A stretch of DNA of 32,000 nt from Candidatus Nitrosotalea bavarica. Lineage in GTDB: Archaea > Thermoproteota > Nitrososphaeria > Nitrososphaerales > Nitrosopumilaceae. Below, piece by piece: positions 6,722 through 14,780 of the stretch (the stretch's first letter is position 1; the number at the start of each line of letters is the position of its first letter). Location of the stretch: the NCBI RefSeq assembly GCF_900167955.1, contig NZ_FUYK01000001.1, positions 98,782-130,781 of the forward strand, read 5' to 3'. A program made the translations under genes and the position numbers. The notes under the pieces were generated by a model. The model saw only the letters and a list, made by a program, of their open reading frames with translations, made no database searches and had not been told where the DNA came from.

Positions 6722-8803
6722 ATGCGGCTTAGAAAATTTAGAGTGCAAGGTTATCGTTGCATTCATGATTCCGGCGAAATTAAAGTAGGAGATCTTGCGG
6801 CATTTGTAGGAAGAAATGAAAGTGGCAAAACTACGATTTTAGAAGCTCTTACATTGCTCAACAAGGACACAAAGGTTTCGGATTTAGATTTATGCGATGA
6901 AATGACTGAAGTTCTCAAGTCAGAAATAAAATTAGCTGAAGGAGAATTTGTACTAAATGAAAAGGAGACTTCATTAATTCGAGAAAAATTTCCAAATCTC
7001 CAAGACATAAAAAATATGAAGATTTACAGGACTAACAAAAATCCCAGAATACAATATGATTTTGGCGAAGTAAAAATCAGTGGCGAGGCAAGCAAGAGAC
7101 TCAACTCGTGGGAAAACTTTGTAGATAGAATCAAGTCATTTGTATTAGCTATGCCAAATCCTATACGAATTAGAGTAGACACCAAATTTCTAGATGCGCC
7201 TGCGCCACGAACACGTGAAGTCTTTATGGACATGATGGCTGAATTCAATAACAACATCTACCTGATTGCATCACAAGATCAACAAGTAATATCAGAGTGG
7301 AAGAACATCTACCAAGACCTAGAGAGCATATTTGATAATATGCTAATAGGAACAAACGAACGTTCAGCATTAGACAATTTCATTGAGGATAAACTACATC
7401 CTCGATTTGTTTACTTTTCAGACTACAAGAAGATACTTGGAAATATAGACTTGGAGGAATTTGTGAGAGAATCAAAGGGAATTAGAGCAAAAGGATTAGA
7501 ATATGTTGAAGAGTTTGACAAAGCAGAAACAGTCAACAATTTATTTTATTTGGCAGAGCTTGATGCCCAGAAGCTTGAAGAGGCGAAGAACAGTCCATCA
7601 AGACTTATAAAATTATTAAATATTTCAAGTAGAAGACTTAGTGAGAGACTCAATCCAGCATGGAAAGGAGATCCAATTCATGTCGAATTGAGATGGAATC
7701 CAGGAAATGTTTTGAGTGTAGTCATATCAGATGTTCACAAAGATGGTACCGTTACAAATACAGGACTGCTTAACAGAAGAGCTGAAGGATTCAAGTGGAC
7801 TTTTTCATTCATAGTAAATTTTGCTGCAGAAACACAAAAGGCAGAATTGAAAGAAGCAATATTATTACTTGATGAACCTGCCAGAAACTTACATCCTGCT
7901 CAACAGAGAGGAATTTCAGATCTGCTAAAGGGTCTAGCCGGTTCAAATCAAATATTGTATGCGACTCACTCACCTTTTATGATATTTGATTATACTCAAG
8001 GTAATCTGCTTGTAGTAGAGCTTGACAAGAGAAAACATCTAAGTAAGATCTATTATGACTACTGGAATGCCGACGATCAAACCCTCATTCCAATTTTATA
8101 CGGCCTTTCAAGAGGTCTTGTTGAATCCATAGTAGACAAGCAAATTGGTTTCAATTCAAGACCTGTGATAATAGTTGAGACCATGTCTGATTGTATGTAT
8201 CTAAATGCATTTGATAGATTCCTTAAGGATCCTAATCTATCCATGAATCCGCTCAACATAGTTCCAGCTTACAACAAGAACTCAGTTATGTCGCTTGCAA
8301 TATTTTATAAAAATCATGGATATGATACTTTCATTTTATTAGATAATACAGAAGAATCAAGAAAAATTTCTACAGAGCTTCAGTCAAATGAATTCAAGTC
8401 AGTCCAGATGATTTTCTTTGAACTTGCCGGACAACCAAGGCTATTCATAGAAGACCTTTTAGTAGATGAAGATTATCTTTATGCTGTAAACCAAACTTAT
8501 GAAGTAAAACTAAGAAAAGAAGGATATGTTACATTGACTAAAGATCAAGTATTAAGCAAAGGTAAGAAAAGCATACTGGATAACCTAAATGAGATTTGGA
8601 AAGAAAATCAACACCTAGGCTGGGAAAAGTTTGACAGAGAAGAAATTTGCAGATATATTTGTGAAAAAATGGTATTAGGTGAAACTGACTTTTTATCAGA
8701 TAAAACAAAGGACCAATTCAGGTCATTATATAGATTGATTGCTGAGAGAATAAGACAGAATCAAAACCTAGTATCCCAGACATCTACAACTTTTAGCAGA
8801 TAG
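6722..8803 (+). CDS. OLD-family-like ABC ATPase fused to a Toprim-like nuclease domain (stand-alone candidate defence protein)
   Basis: 693 aa. Walker A GRNESGKTT (res 30-38). About 310 aa of helical insertion. ABC-signature-like RRAEGFKWTFSF (res ~351-363). Walker B ILLLDEP (res 380-386). H-loop ATHSP (res 414-418). Then a Toprim-like region: VIIVETMSD (Glu486), FILLDNTEE (Asp541) and LFIEDLL (res 574-580). Confidence 0.65.
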   Translation: MRLRKFRVQGYRCIHDSGEIKVGDLAAFVGRNESGKTTILEALTLLNKDTKVSDLDLCDEMTEVLKSEIKLAEGEFVLNEKETSLIREKFPNLQDIKNMKIYRTNKNPRIQYDFGEVKISGEASKRLNSWENFVDRIKSFVLAMPNPIRIRVDTKFLDAPAPRTREVFMDMMAEFNNNIYLIASQDQQVISEWKNIYQDLESIFDNMLIGTNERSALDNFIEDKLHPRFVYFSDYKKILGNIDLEEFVRESKGIRAKGLEYVEEFDKAETVNNLFYLAELDAQKLEEAKNSPSRLIKLLNISSRRLSERLNPAWKGDPIHVELRWNPGNVLSVVISDVHKDGTVTNTGLLNRRAEGFKWTFSFIVNFAAETQKAELKEAILLLDEPARNLHPAQQRGISDLLKGLAGSNQILYATHSPFMIFDYTQGNLLVVELDKRKHLSKIYYDYWNADDQTLIPILYGLSRGLVESIVDKQIGFNSRPVIIVETMSDCMYLNAFDRFLKDPNLSMNPLNIVPAYNKNSVMSLAIFYKNHGYDTFILLDNTEESRKISTELQSNEFKSVQMIFFELAGQPRLFIEDLLVDEDYLYAVNQTYEVKLRKEGYVTLTKDQVLSKGKKSILDNLNEIWKENQHLGWEKFDREEICRYICEKMVLGETDFLSDKTKDQFRSLYRLIAERIRQNQNLVSQTSTTFSR

Positions 8804-8912
8804 AGCTGAAAAATATCAACATTTGTGCTTTGCTCATAAATCACATTATAATATAAGATGTAAAAGTATGATTTCTTATTAAGATTTAATTGAGAGATTA
8901 GTTTTTTAGTGT

Positions 8913-11138
8913 ATGAGTAAAGTGTTATTAAAATCAGTTATTCTTCTTGCCCTACTTCTCAGTAGTATCTTTACAACATATACAGTACAGCAAGTTAATG
9001 CATCTCCTACGTTTGTAACTGTAACTACTACAAACACTGGGGGAATGACCGTACTTTCTGTCAACAATAATGCAAACAGTACGTTAGATGTAGCTTCATT
9101 CATTTTGCAAATAAATGGTGGATCTTTCAAATCATTCAAGCTTGACAATGGTTGGGCAGGTATGAAAACTTCGTCAACCACCATTGCATTTAGTGCAATA
9201 GATCCACTAAAGCCTGGTAAATCAGCATCTTTCCAAATCAAAACAGACCAGCAGATACCCAGTATGACATGGAGTGCATCAGATACAAACAACATAGAAA
9301 TTGGTTCTGGCAATATAGGTACTCAAACACCTGGTAATACTCAAACACCTGGTAATACTCAAACACCTGGTAATACTCAAACACCTGGTAATACTCAAAC
9401 ACCTGGTAATACTCAAACACCTGGTAATACTCAAACACCTGGTAATACTCAGGTACAACAAACAGTACGAGGAATATTAGATACGTCAACATTTAGAATA
9501 ATTCCCTCAACTCCTGCAATAGGTGGCCATGTACGTGTAGTCGGTATTAGTTTTTCTTCATCAACTAACCTTGATTTGTACATAGGCAATGACAAGATAG
9601 GTTCATTTTCATCTAACGGTGATGGAAATTTTGTTACAACTCTCGTTATACCAAATTCTGAACAAGCAGGAAGTGTTGAATTTATTCTAAAGGATCAACA
9701 GGGTAATCAAAAATCATTTTCTACAAATCTCAAAGTATCACAACAACATGGCGGCAGTGTGATTCAAAACATTCCTTTAACAGTAAATTTTGATCCAATA
9801 TTTCACAGAGGAGAAACAAAAATAGTTTCAGGGACAGCAACTCCGGAATCCACTATAACTTTTACCATATCAGACTCTAATGGAAATTCAGTAACGACAT
9901 TGACTGCGCAGGCGGATAAAAATGGAAATTACGTATTAACCAGAAGCATACCTGTAGATGCAGCATTTGGAAAATACACTGTAACTATCTCAGACGGAAA
10001 AGATCAAGTCTCCAAAGGATTCAGCATTGTAACTACCCATCAGGTTTCAGTCTCAACGTCGTCACAAAAATATGACTCAGGGCAAACGGTTGTCATAAAC
10101 GGCACTTCAATTTCAAATCAGGTGGTAAGTTTCATTATTGCAGATCCTACAGGTATTCCAATTTATTCAAAAAGTGCAAATGTAACATCTGCCGGTACTG
10201 TCTCAGCATCATATCAATTACAAAACACTGCTATTGAAGGAACATATTCAATAACTGTAATTCAAGGTAATGATCAATCAGTACTTTACTTTGGAGTAGG
10301 AGTAGATCCATCCCCTCCCATAACAATGAATTTGGATAAACTCAGCTATTCAGATACTGATAAACCCCTCATTAGTGTAACAGGTCCTCCATCATCAACC
10401 CTTAATCTTATCATAATAGATCCATCAGACAAACAAAAGTTTTCGGATATTATTTCCTTAGGGGAACAGGGAGAGGCAACATATTCTTTTAATTTAACCT
10501 CATACACATCAGGCATTTATACAGCAGTAGTTACTCATGCAGATGAAAAAATCCAAAAAGACTTTGCAGTAGGTCTAGAGGTAGGTTCTGGAACGATTGT
10601 GCTCAATACAGTAAAGGACACATATCTACCAAGTGATGAAATTATAATTATTGGAACAACCAATTCAAATACTCTGCTCCAACTTTCTTTGACTGATCCT
10701 AATGGCATACTAGTAAAATCAATACAAACATTTGCAGATAAATCCGGTCACTTTTCTTCATTTGCTTTCAGTATACCATCTATTGCAACACCGGGAACAT
10801 GGAAACTTGATGCTACAAGTGGAATAAACCACGTATCCAAAAACATAATTGTAAAATCATCTACACAGGCAATCACTATTAAAGTAGACAGAGCCTCTGG
10901 CCTCTACACAAGAGGAGATATCATTGCAATCTCAGGAACTGATGCTGGTACTGACAATAACCTTAGTATCTCGATTGGAAACAGTGCTGGATCTATTGAC
11001 ACTTTAGAAACATCATCAACAAACAGAGGCGACTACACTACAGATTGGGTAGTTCCAAATGATATCAAGCCTGGAACATATACAATTGCGATATCGTCCC
11101 CCAATGGCAAATCCACTCTCAGCATAACGATTCAATAA
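8913..11138 (+). CDS. Secreted/surface protein with a signal peptide, a TQTPGN x7 linker and about six Ig-like (MG/CARDB-like) repeats
   Basis: 741 aa. N-terminus MSKVLLKSVILLALLLSSIFTTYTVQQVNA|SP. Recurrent ~90-aa modules follow the pattern [IV]xGT...xxxxI.D..G......A....G.....F.IP....G.Y.I..., for example ISGTATPESTITFTISDSNGNSV...GKYTVTISDG and IIGTTNSNTLLQLSLTDPNGILV...GTWKLDATSG. No C-terminal TM or sorting signal is visible. Confidence 0.7.
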   Translation: MSKVLLKSVILLALLLSSIFTTYTVQQVNASPTFVTVTTTNTGGMTVLSVNNNANSTLDVASFILQINGGSFKSFKLDNGWAGMKTSSTTIAFSAIDPLKPGKSASFQIKTDQQIPSMTWSASDTNNIEIGSGNIGTQTPGNTQTPGNTQTPGNTQTPGNTQTPGNTQTPGNTQTPGNTQVQQTVRGILDTSTFRIIPSTPAIGGHVRVVGISFSSSTNLDLYIGNDKIGSFSSNGDGNFVTTLVIPNSEQAGSVEFILKDQQGNQKSFSTNLKVSQQHGGSVIQNIPLTVNFDPIFHRGETKIVSGTATPESTITFTISDSNGNSVTTLTAQADKNGNYVLTRSIPVDAAFGKYTVTISDGKDQVSKGFSIVTTHQVSVSTSSQKYDSGQTVVINGTSISNQVVSFIIADPTGIPIYSKSANVTSAGTVSASYQLQNTAIEGTYSITVIQGNDQSVLYFGVGVDPSPPITMNLDKLSYSDTDKPLISVTGPPSSTLNLIIIDPSDKQKFSDIISLGEQGEATYSFNLTSYTSGIYTAVVTHADEKIQKDFAVGLEVGSGTIVLNTVKDTYLPSDEIIIIGTTNSNTLLQLSLTDPNGILVKSIQTFADKSGHFSSFAFSIPSIATPGTWKLDATSGINHVSKNIIVKSSTQAITIKVDRASGLYTRGDIIAISGTDAGTDNNLSISIGNSAGSIDTLETSSTNRGDYTTDWVVPNDIKPGTYTIAISSPNGKSTLSITIQ
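9321..9451. repeat. Perfect 18-bp tandem repeat, 7 full copies plus 5 nt (actcaaacacctggtaat), encoding (TQTPGN)7
   Basis: Unit starts counted at 9321, 9339, 9357, 9375, 9393, 9411 and 9429, with a partial unit at 9447. No mismatches. In frame with the 8913 ORF from residue 137. Confidence 0.95.
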
Positions 11139-11186
11139 AAAGTCTATTTAGCAATATTTTTTACATCCACAACTTGACAGCAATTT

Positions 11187-11699
11187 ATGAATCTGAGAGA
11201 CAAGATTGCAGAAATACCGGATTTCCCAAAAAAAGGAATTTTGTTCAGAGATATCAGTCCCCTTCTAAGAGATCCTGCTGCGTTATCACTATTAATAGAA
11301 GAATTTACAAAAATAATTCATCCAAATGATGTCGATATTTTTGCAGGCATAGAGTCGAGAGGTTTTCCATTAGCTTGCGCATTAGCTCTCAAATATAACA
11401 AGGGCATGATTATGATTAGAAAACAAGGAAAATTGCCAGGTGCCACTCATAAGGTATCATACAATATCGAATATGGAAGTGCCACGATGGAGATCCAAGT
11501 TGGCGCATTAAAGAAAGGGCAAAAAGTGTACATTTGTGATGATTTGCTTGCAACTGGTGGAACAGCAAAAGCTGCTGCAAAATTAGTTGAGAAGATAGGC
11601 GGCAAGGTATCTGGTTTTGCGTTTATCATAGAATTAACAGATTTGAAAGGATCAAAAATTATCAAAGATTACAAACATAATGCGCTGGTGAAATATTGA
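11187..11699 (+). CDS. apt: Adenine phosphoribosyltransferase
   Basis: 170 aa. Motifs: [45 protein letters not shown] (PRPP loop). Confidence 0.9.
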   Translation: MNLRDKIAEIPDFPKKGILFRDISPLLRDPAALSLLIEEFTKIIHPNDVDIFAGIESRGFPLACALALKYNKGMIMIRKQGKLPGATHKVSYNIEYGSATMEIQVGALKKGQKVYICDDLLATGGTAKAAAKLVEKIGGKVSGFAFIIELTDLKGSKIIKDYKHNALVKY

Positions 11700-12490
11700 T
11701 AGAGCAGGCAGAGATAGGCATTTTTGGCGGAACTGGAATATATGATTCTGGTTTACTTGCTGAAAGCAAAGAGATCAATGTTGAAACACCATTCGGTAAA
11801 ACTTCAGATTCCATAACAGTTGGAATTTACAAAGGAAGAAAAGTTGCATTCATGCCAAGACATGGTAAAAAACATACTATTCCACCTCATTTAATAAACT
11901 TTAGAGCAAATATTTGGGCATTCAAAGAGATGGGAATTAAAAGAATTATTGCACCATCTGCAGTTGGAAGTTTAAAAAAAGAATTAAAACCTGGAGATGT
12001 TGTACTTCCATCACAATTTATAGATTTTACAAAATCAAGAAAATACACACTTTATGAAGACGGTAAAGTAATTCACATATCAGTAGCAGATCCATTTTGT
12101 CCGGAGCTTCAAAATGTTGTTTTAGATGTTTCAAAAAAAATGAATCTCCACATCCATAAAGATGCCACATACATTTGCATTGAGGGACCTAGGTTTTCAA
12201 CAAGAGCAGAATCAAAATTTTACAAAAATGTCATAGGTGCAGACATCATAGGAATGACTCTAGTTCCAGAGTGTCAGCTTGCAAGAGAAGCTCAGATGTG
12301 TTATGTGTCGATTTCAACAGTAACTGATTATGATGTATGGGCTCAAAAACCTGTTACTGCAAAAGAGGTTTTAGAGACTTTATCAAAGAATGTAGGCACT
12401 ACAAAAAACATGCTTGCTCTGCTTTTTGACTTGATTCCACAGCAACGTGGTTGCTCATGCCACAAGGCATTTGACGAAGCTCAGTTCTAG
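11696..12490 (+). CDS. mtnP: S-methyl-5'-thioadenosine phosphorylase
   Basis: 264 aa. The TTG start overlaps the apt stop by 4 nt. Motifs: [49 protein letters not shown], and the C-terminal Cys pair CSC typical of archaeal MTAP. Confidence 0.9.
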   Translation: MIEQAEIGIFGGTGIYDSGLLAESKEINVETPFGKTSDSITVGIYKGRKVAFMPRHGKKHTIPPHLINFRANIWAFKEMGIKRIIAPSAVGSLKKELKPGDVVLPSQFIDFTKSRKYTLYEDGKVIHISVADPFCPELQNVVLDVSKKMNLHIHKDATYICIEGPRFSTRAESKFYKNVIGADIIGMTLVPECQLAREAQMCYVSISTVTDYDVWAQKPVTAKEVLETLSKNVGTTKNMLALLFDLIPQQRGCSCHKAFDEAQF

Positions 12491-12771
12491 CCATCGGCAA
12501 AGGAATCTTTTGTCAATCCTTCTGGGAGAGTGATATCTCCACGAACAAGTTTTTGCTGTAATTCATTTATCACTGCATCTATGTCATAACCAAGTTTAAT
12601 CAGATTCTTCTCAACTGTCTTTGAAATCTTTGCGCCAATATTATGCCCACCAATTCTTCCAAAAGCTATTGCTTGAAACTTGAATGGATTACCATCAATA
12701 TTAAAAGTGCCAGTTATCTTGGCGGCTATTTGACTTCCGCGAACATTATTAATATGAACTTGAATATCCAT
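12487..12771 (-). CDS. Hypothetical small protein (last gene of a three-gene cassette)
   Basis: 94 aa with an ATG start, 7 nt downstream of the preceding gene. No family recognised ([32 protein letters not shown]...). Confidence 0.5.
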   Translation of the reverse strand: MDIQVHINNVRGSQIAAKITGTFNIDGNPFKFQAIAFGRIGGHNIGAKISKTVEKNLIKLGYDIDAVINELQQKLVRGDITLPEGLTKDSFADG

Positions 12772-12778
12772 GAAAAAC

Positions 12779-13177
12779 TTAGATCTCTATTGCTTTGTTA
12801 ATAGAATTCTCTATAAGAAAATTCCAGTGTTTATCATCTTCAATCTTAAAGTCCTTTACCTTAAGTTGTATTATTTTTTCATCAACACATTCATGCTGAA
12901 TTTCATCATTTTGTTTTATCTTTACTAATTTCCATTTGTCTTTGTGTTTTTTAAGATTGCATAAAAGTACAGCCCATTTTTGATCTGGAGATATTTTTGG
13001 CATTCCTACATAATCTACTATACTTTCAATACCAAGTTGTTTTTCTTCACAGAAAATTTTCTTGCATTTTACACAACGCCATGTATCAACTGAGCCTATA
13101 GTTCTTTTTTCATAATTAACATTGGTCACTCCAAAGTAAACTATTTCGTGATTACAAGATTCTGTATCTACAGACAT
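12779..13177 (-). CDS. Hypothetical Cys/His-containing (zinc-ribbon-like) protein
   Basis: The ORF is open from ATG 13222. ATG 13177 is preceded by tGGAGGAGGaaac on the coding strand, a Shine-Dalgarno-like element placed right after the upstream stop at 13191, so I prefer 13177 (132 aa). Contains SCNHE ... CVKCKKIFC. Confidence 0.5.
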   Translation of the reverse strand: MSVDTESCNHEIVYFGVTNVNYEKRTIGSVDTWRCVKCKKIFCEEKQLGIESIVDYVGMPKISPDQKWAVLLCNLKKHKDKWKLVKIKQNDEIQHECVDEKIIQLKVKDFKIEDDKHWNFLIENSINKAIEI

Positions 13178-13190
13178 GTTTCCTCCTCCA

Positions 13191-13559
13191 TTATCGGTTA
13201 TATTTAGTTCTTGCATCGTCATATGGTTTTTCTAAAATAATTGATATATTATCTACCAAAAGATTCTTCTTAAATTGAATATTTTCTCGCTCACACATTC
13301 TTCTATACATATTAACAACTGCAAATCTTGGATGCATTGATTCAAACTCTGTCTTTGTAATATCAATAAATCCTCCATTTTGAATAAGACTTGTTGCAGC
13401 TTGATTTGCTTCACTTTCTGAAATATTCAGATGCTCTGCTATATCTTGAGCAGACATTTTGCCTTTTTTTACTACTAAAACATAGACTTTAGATTGAATA
13501 GTAGATAGTCTAAGTTCTGAAACAATATTTTCTTCAACTGTATCAATATTAACACTCAT
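13191..13559 (-). CDS. Winged-helix transcriptional regulator (TrmB/MarR-like N-terminal domain)
   Basis: 122 aa. LSTIQSKVYVLVVKKGKMSAQDIAEHLNISESEANQAATSLIQNGGFI is a classic helix-turn-helix-wing layout. Confidence 0.6.
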   Translation of the reverse strand: MSVNIDTVEENIVSELRLSTIQSKVYVLVVKKGKMSAQDIAEHLNISESEANQAATSLIQNGGFIDITKTEFESMHPRFAVVNMYRRMCERENIQFKKNLLVDNISIILEKPYDDARTKYNR

Positions 13560-13639
13560 AGATATCGAGACTCATAACGCCATAAATAAACATGTTAAAT
13601 CACAGTTGAAATTAAATATGGAATAAAGATAATTCTTTC

Positions 13640-14197
13640 ATGAGATTAATTATAGGATTAACTGGAAGTTCTGGAATTCTATATGGTGTAAGAATGCTAG
13701 AGATTCTCAAACAGTGCAAGGTTGATGTCCATTTAATCATGACAGAATGGGCAAAAAAATGTCTAGTGCTAGAAACTGATTACAATTTGAAACACGTAAG
13801 ATCACTGGCAGAACATTATTCTGATGATGCAAATATGGCAGCAAGTGTTTCAAGTGGAACTCACAAGACTGATGGAATGATAGTGATTCCTTGTACAATG
13901 AAAACACTTTCTAGTATTGCCAATGGTTATGAAGAAACCCTAGTAGCTAGAGCCGCAGGAGTTACAATGAAAGAATCTAGAAAACTAGTTCTGGTTCCAA
14001 GAGAGACCCCACTTACCAGCATACATCTTGAAAATATGCTCAAACTTTCTCGAATTGGGGTAGTAGTATTACCTGCCATGCCAGGCTTTTATAATAGACC
14101 AAAGAACATTGACGATATTTTAAATCACATAGTAGGAAAATGCCTCGATCAATTTGGAATTGAGCACAGTCTATTCAAAAGATGGGAAACCACCTAA
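13640..14197 (+). CDS. ubiX: Flavin prenyltransferase UbiX
   Basis: 185 aa. Motifs: IIGLTGSSGILYGVRMLE, VIPCTMKTLSSIANG, LVLVPRETPL. Confidence 0.9.
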   Translation: MRLIIGLTGSSGILYGVRMLEILKQCKVDVHLIMTEWAKKCLVLETDYNLKHVRSLAEHYSDDANMAASVSSGTHKTDGMIVIPCTMKTLSSIANGYEETLVARAAGVTMKESRKLVLVPRETPLTSIHLENMLKLSRIGVVVLPAMPGFYNRPKNIDDILNHIVGKCLDQFGIEHSLFKRWETT

Positions 14198-14309
14198 ATT
14201 ACAAGTCATACAATTAGTCGAGTTCAATTATGAAACGTTCTCATCCAATTTGAGTCAAAATTCTACGAGTGTTTATATTTGGATTATGCTTGAATGAAAT
14301 AGAATATCT

Positions 14310-14780
14310 TTGGCAAGCTACAAGAGCAGATACTCTAATGACAAGTCATTTGATTTTATAATTCCCCTAATGGTTTTACTATTTTTGGGTGTGGTATACA
14401 TGCTCTCAATAAGATCTTCGGAAGGATATGTCAGTTTCATATTAATTGGAATAGCGGCTGCAATTATGATTTATTGGGTAAGAGTATTAAAGAAGATGAC
14501 AACTGAGAACGTTCCACAATATACACCAAAAGAAGCAGATACGAAAAATTGGGTATATGATCTAATAAAAGGTGAAAAAGAAATAATATTTGTAGCAGAG
14601 GTACCAGGTCCAGAGGATCAGGTAACTGTCAGACTAATTGATGGAATTTTATACGTACGCGGATCTGGACACTTTTCAAAAGAGGTCCCAATTGAAACAA
14701 CACCAGACATGGGAATTCATGACTTCAAATACAGAAACGGTGTTCTTACTTTAAAAATTAGAAAATTAGAAACTCTTTGA
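14310..14780 (+). CDS. Small heat-shock protein (Hsp20/alpha-crystallin domain) with two predicted N-terminal TM helices
   Basis: 156 aa from a TTG start. Hydrophobic segments: FDFIIPLMVLLFLGVVYMLSI and YVSFILIGIAAAIMIYWV. The C-terminal part looks like an ACD: EIIFVAEVPGPEDQVTVRLIDGILYVRG ... FKYRNGVLTLKIRK. The start codon is uncertain. Confidence 0.65.
   Translation: MASYKSRYSNDKSFDFIIPLMVLLFLGVVYMLSIRSSEGYVSFILIGIAAAIMIYWVRVLKKMTTENVPQYTPKEADTKNWVYDLIKGEKEIIFVAEVPGPEDQVTVRLIDGILYVRGSGHFSKEVPIETTPDMGIHDFKYRNGVLTLKIRKLETL

Noticed and set aside
9321-9451. Possibility that the regularly spaced 18-bp repeats are a CRISPR array.
   Set aside because: The units are directly abutting with no spacers, are far shorter than CRISPR repeats, lie in frame within a CDS, and no cas genes are nearby.
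9238-9492. Two minus-strand ORFs (84 aa and 60 aa) with striking repeats (YYQVFE... and LSITRC...).
   Set aside because: They are reverse-frame readings of the 18-bp tandem repeat inside the well-supported plus-strand surface-protein gene. They have no independent coding signal.
6061-11186. Possibility that the accessory block is an integrated virus, transposon or other mobile element.
   Set aside because: No integrase, transposase, capsid-like gene, tRNA attachment site or flanking direct or inverted repeats could be found by eye. It is reported only as a possibly flexible region.
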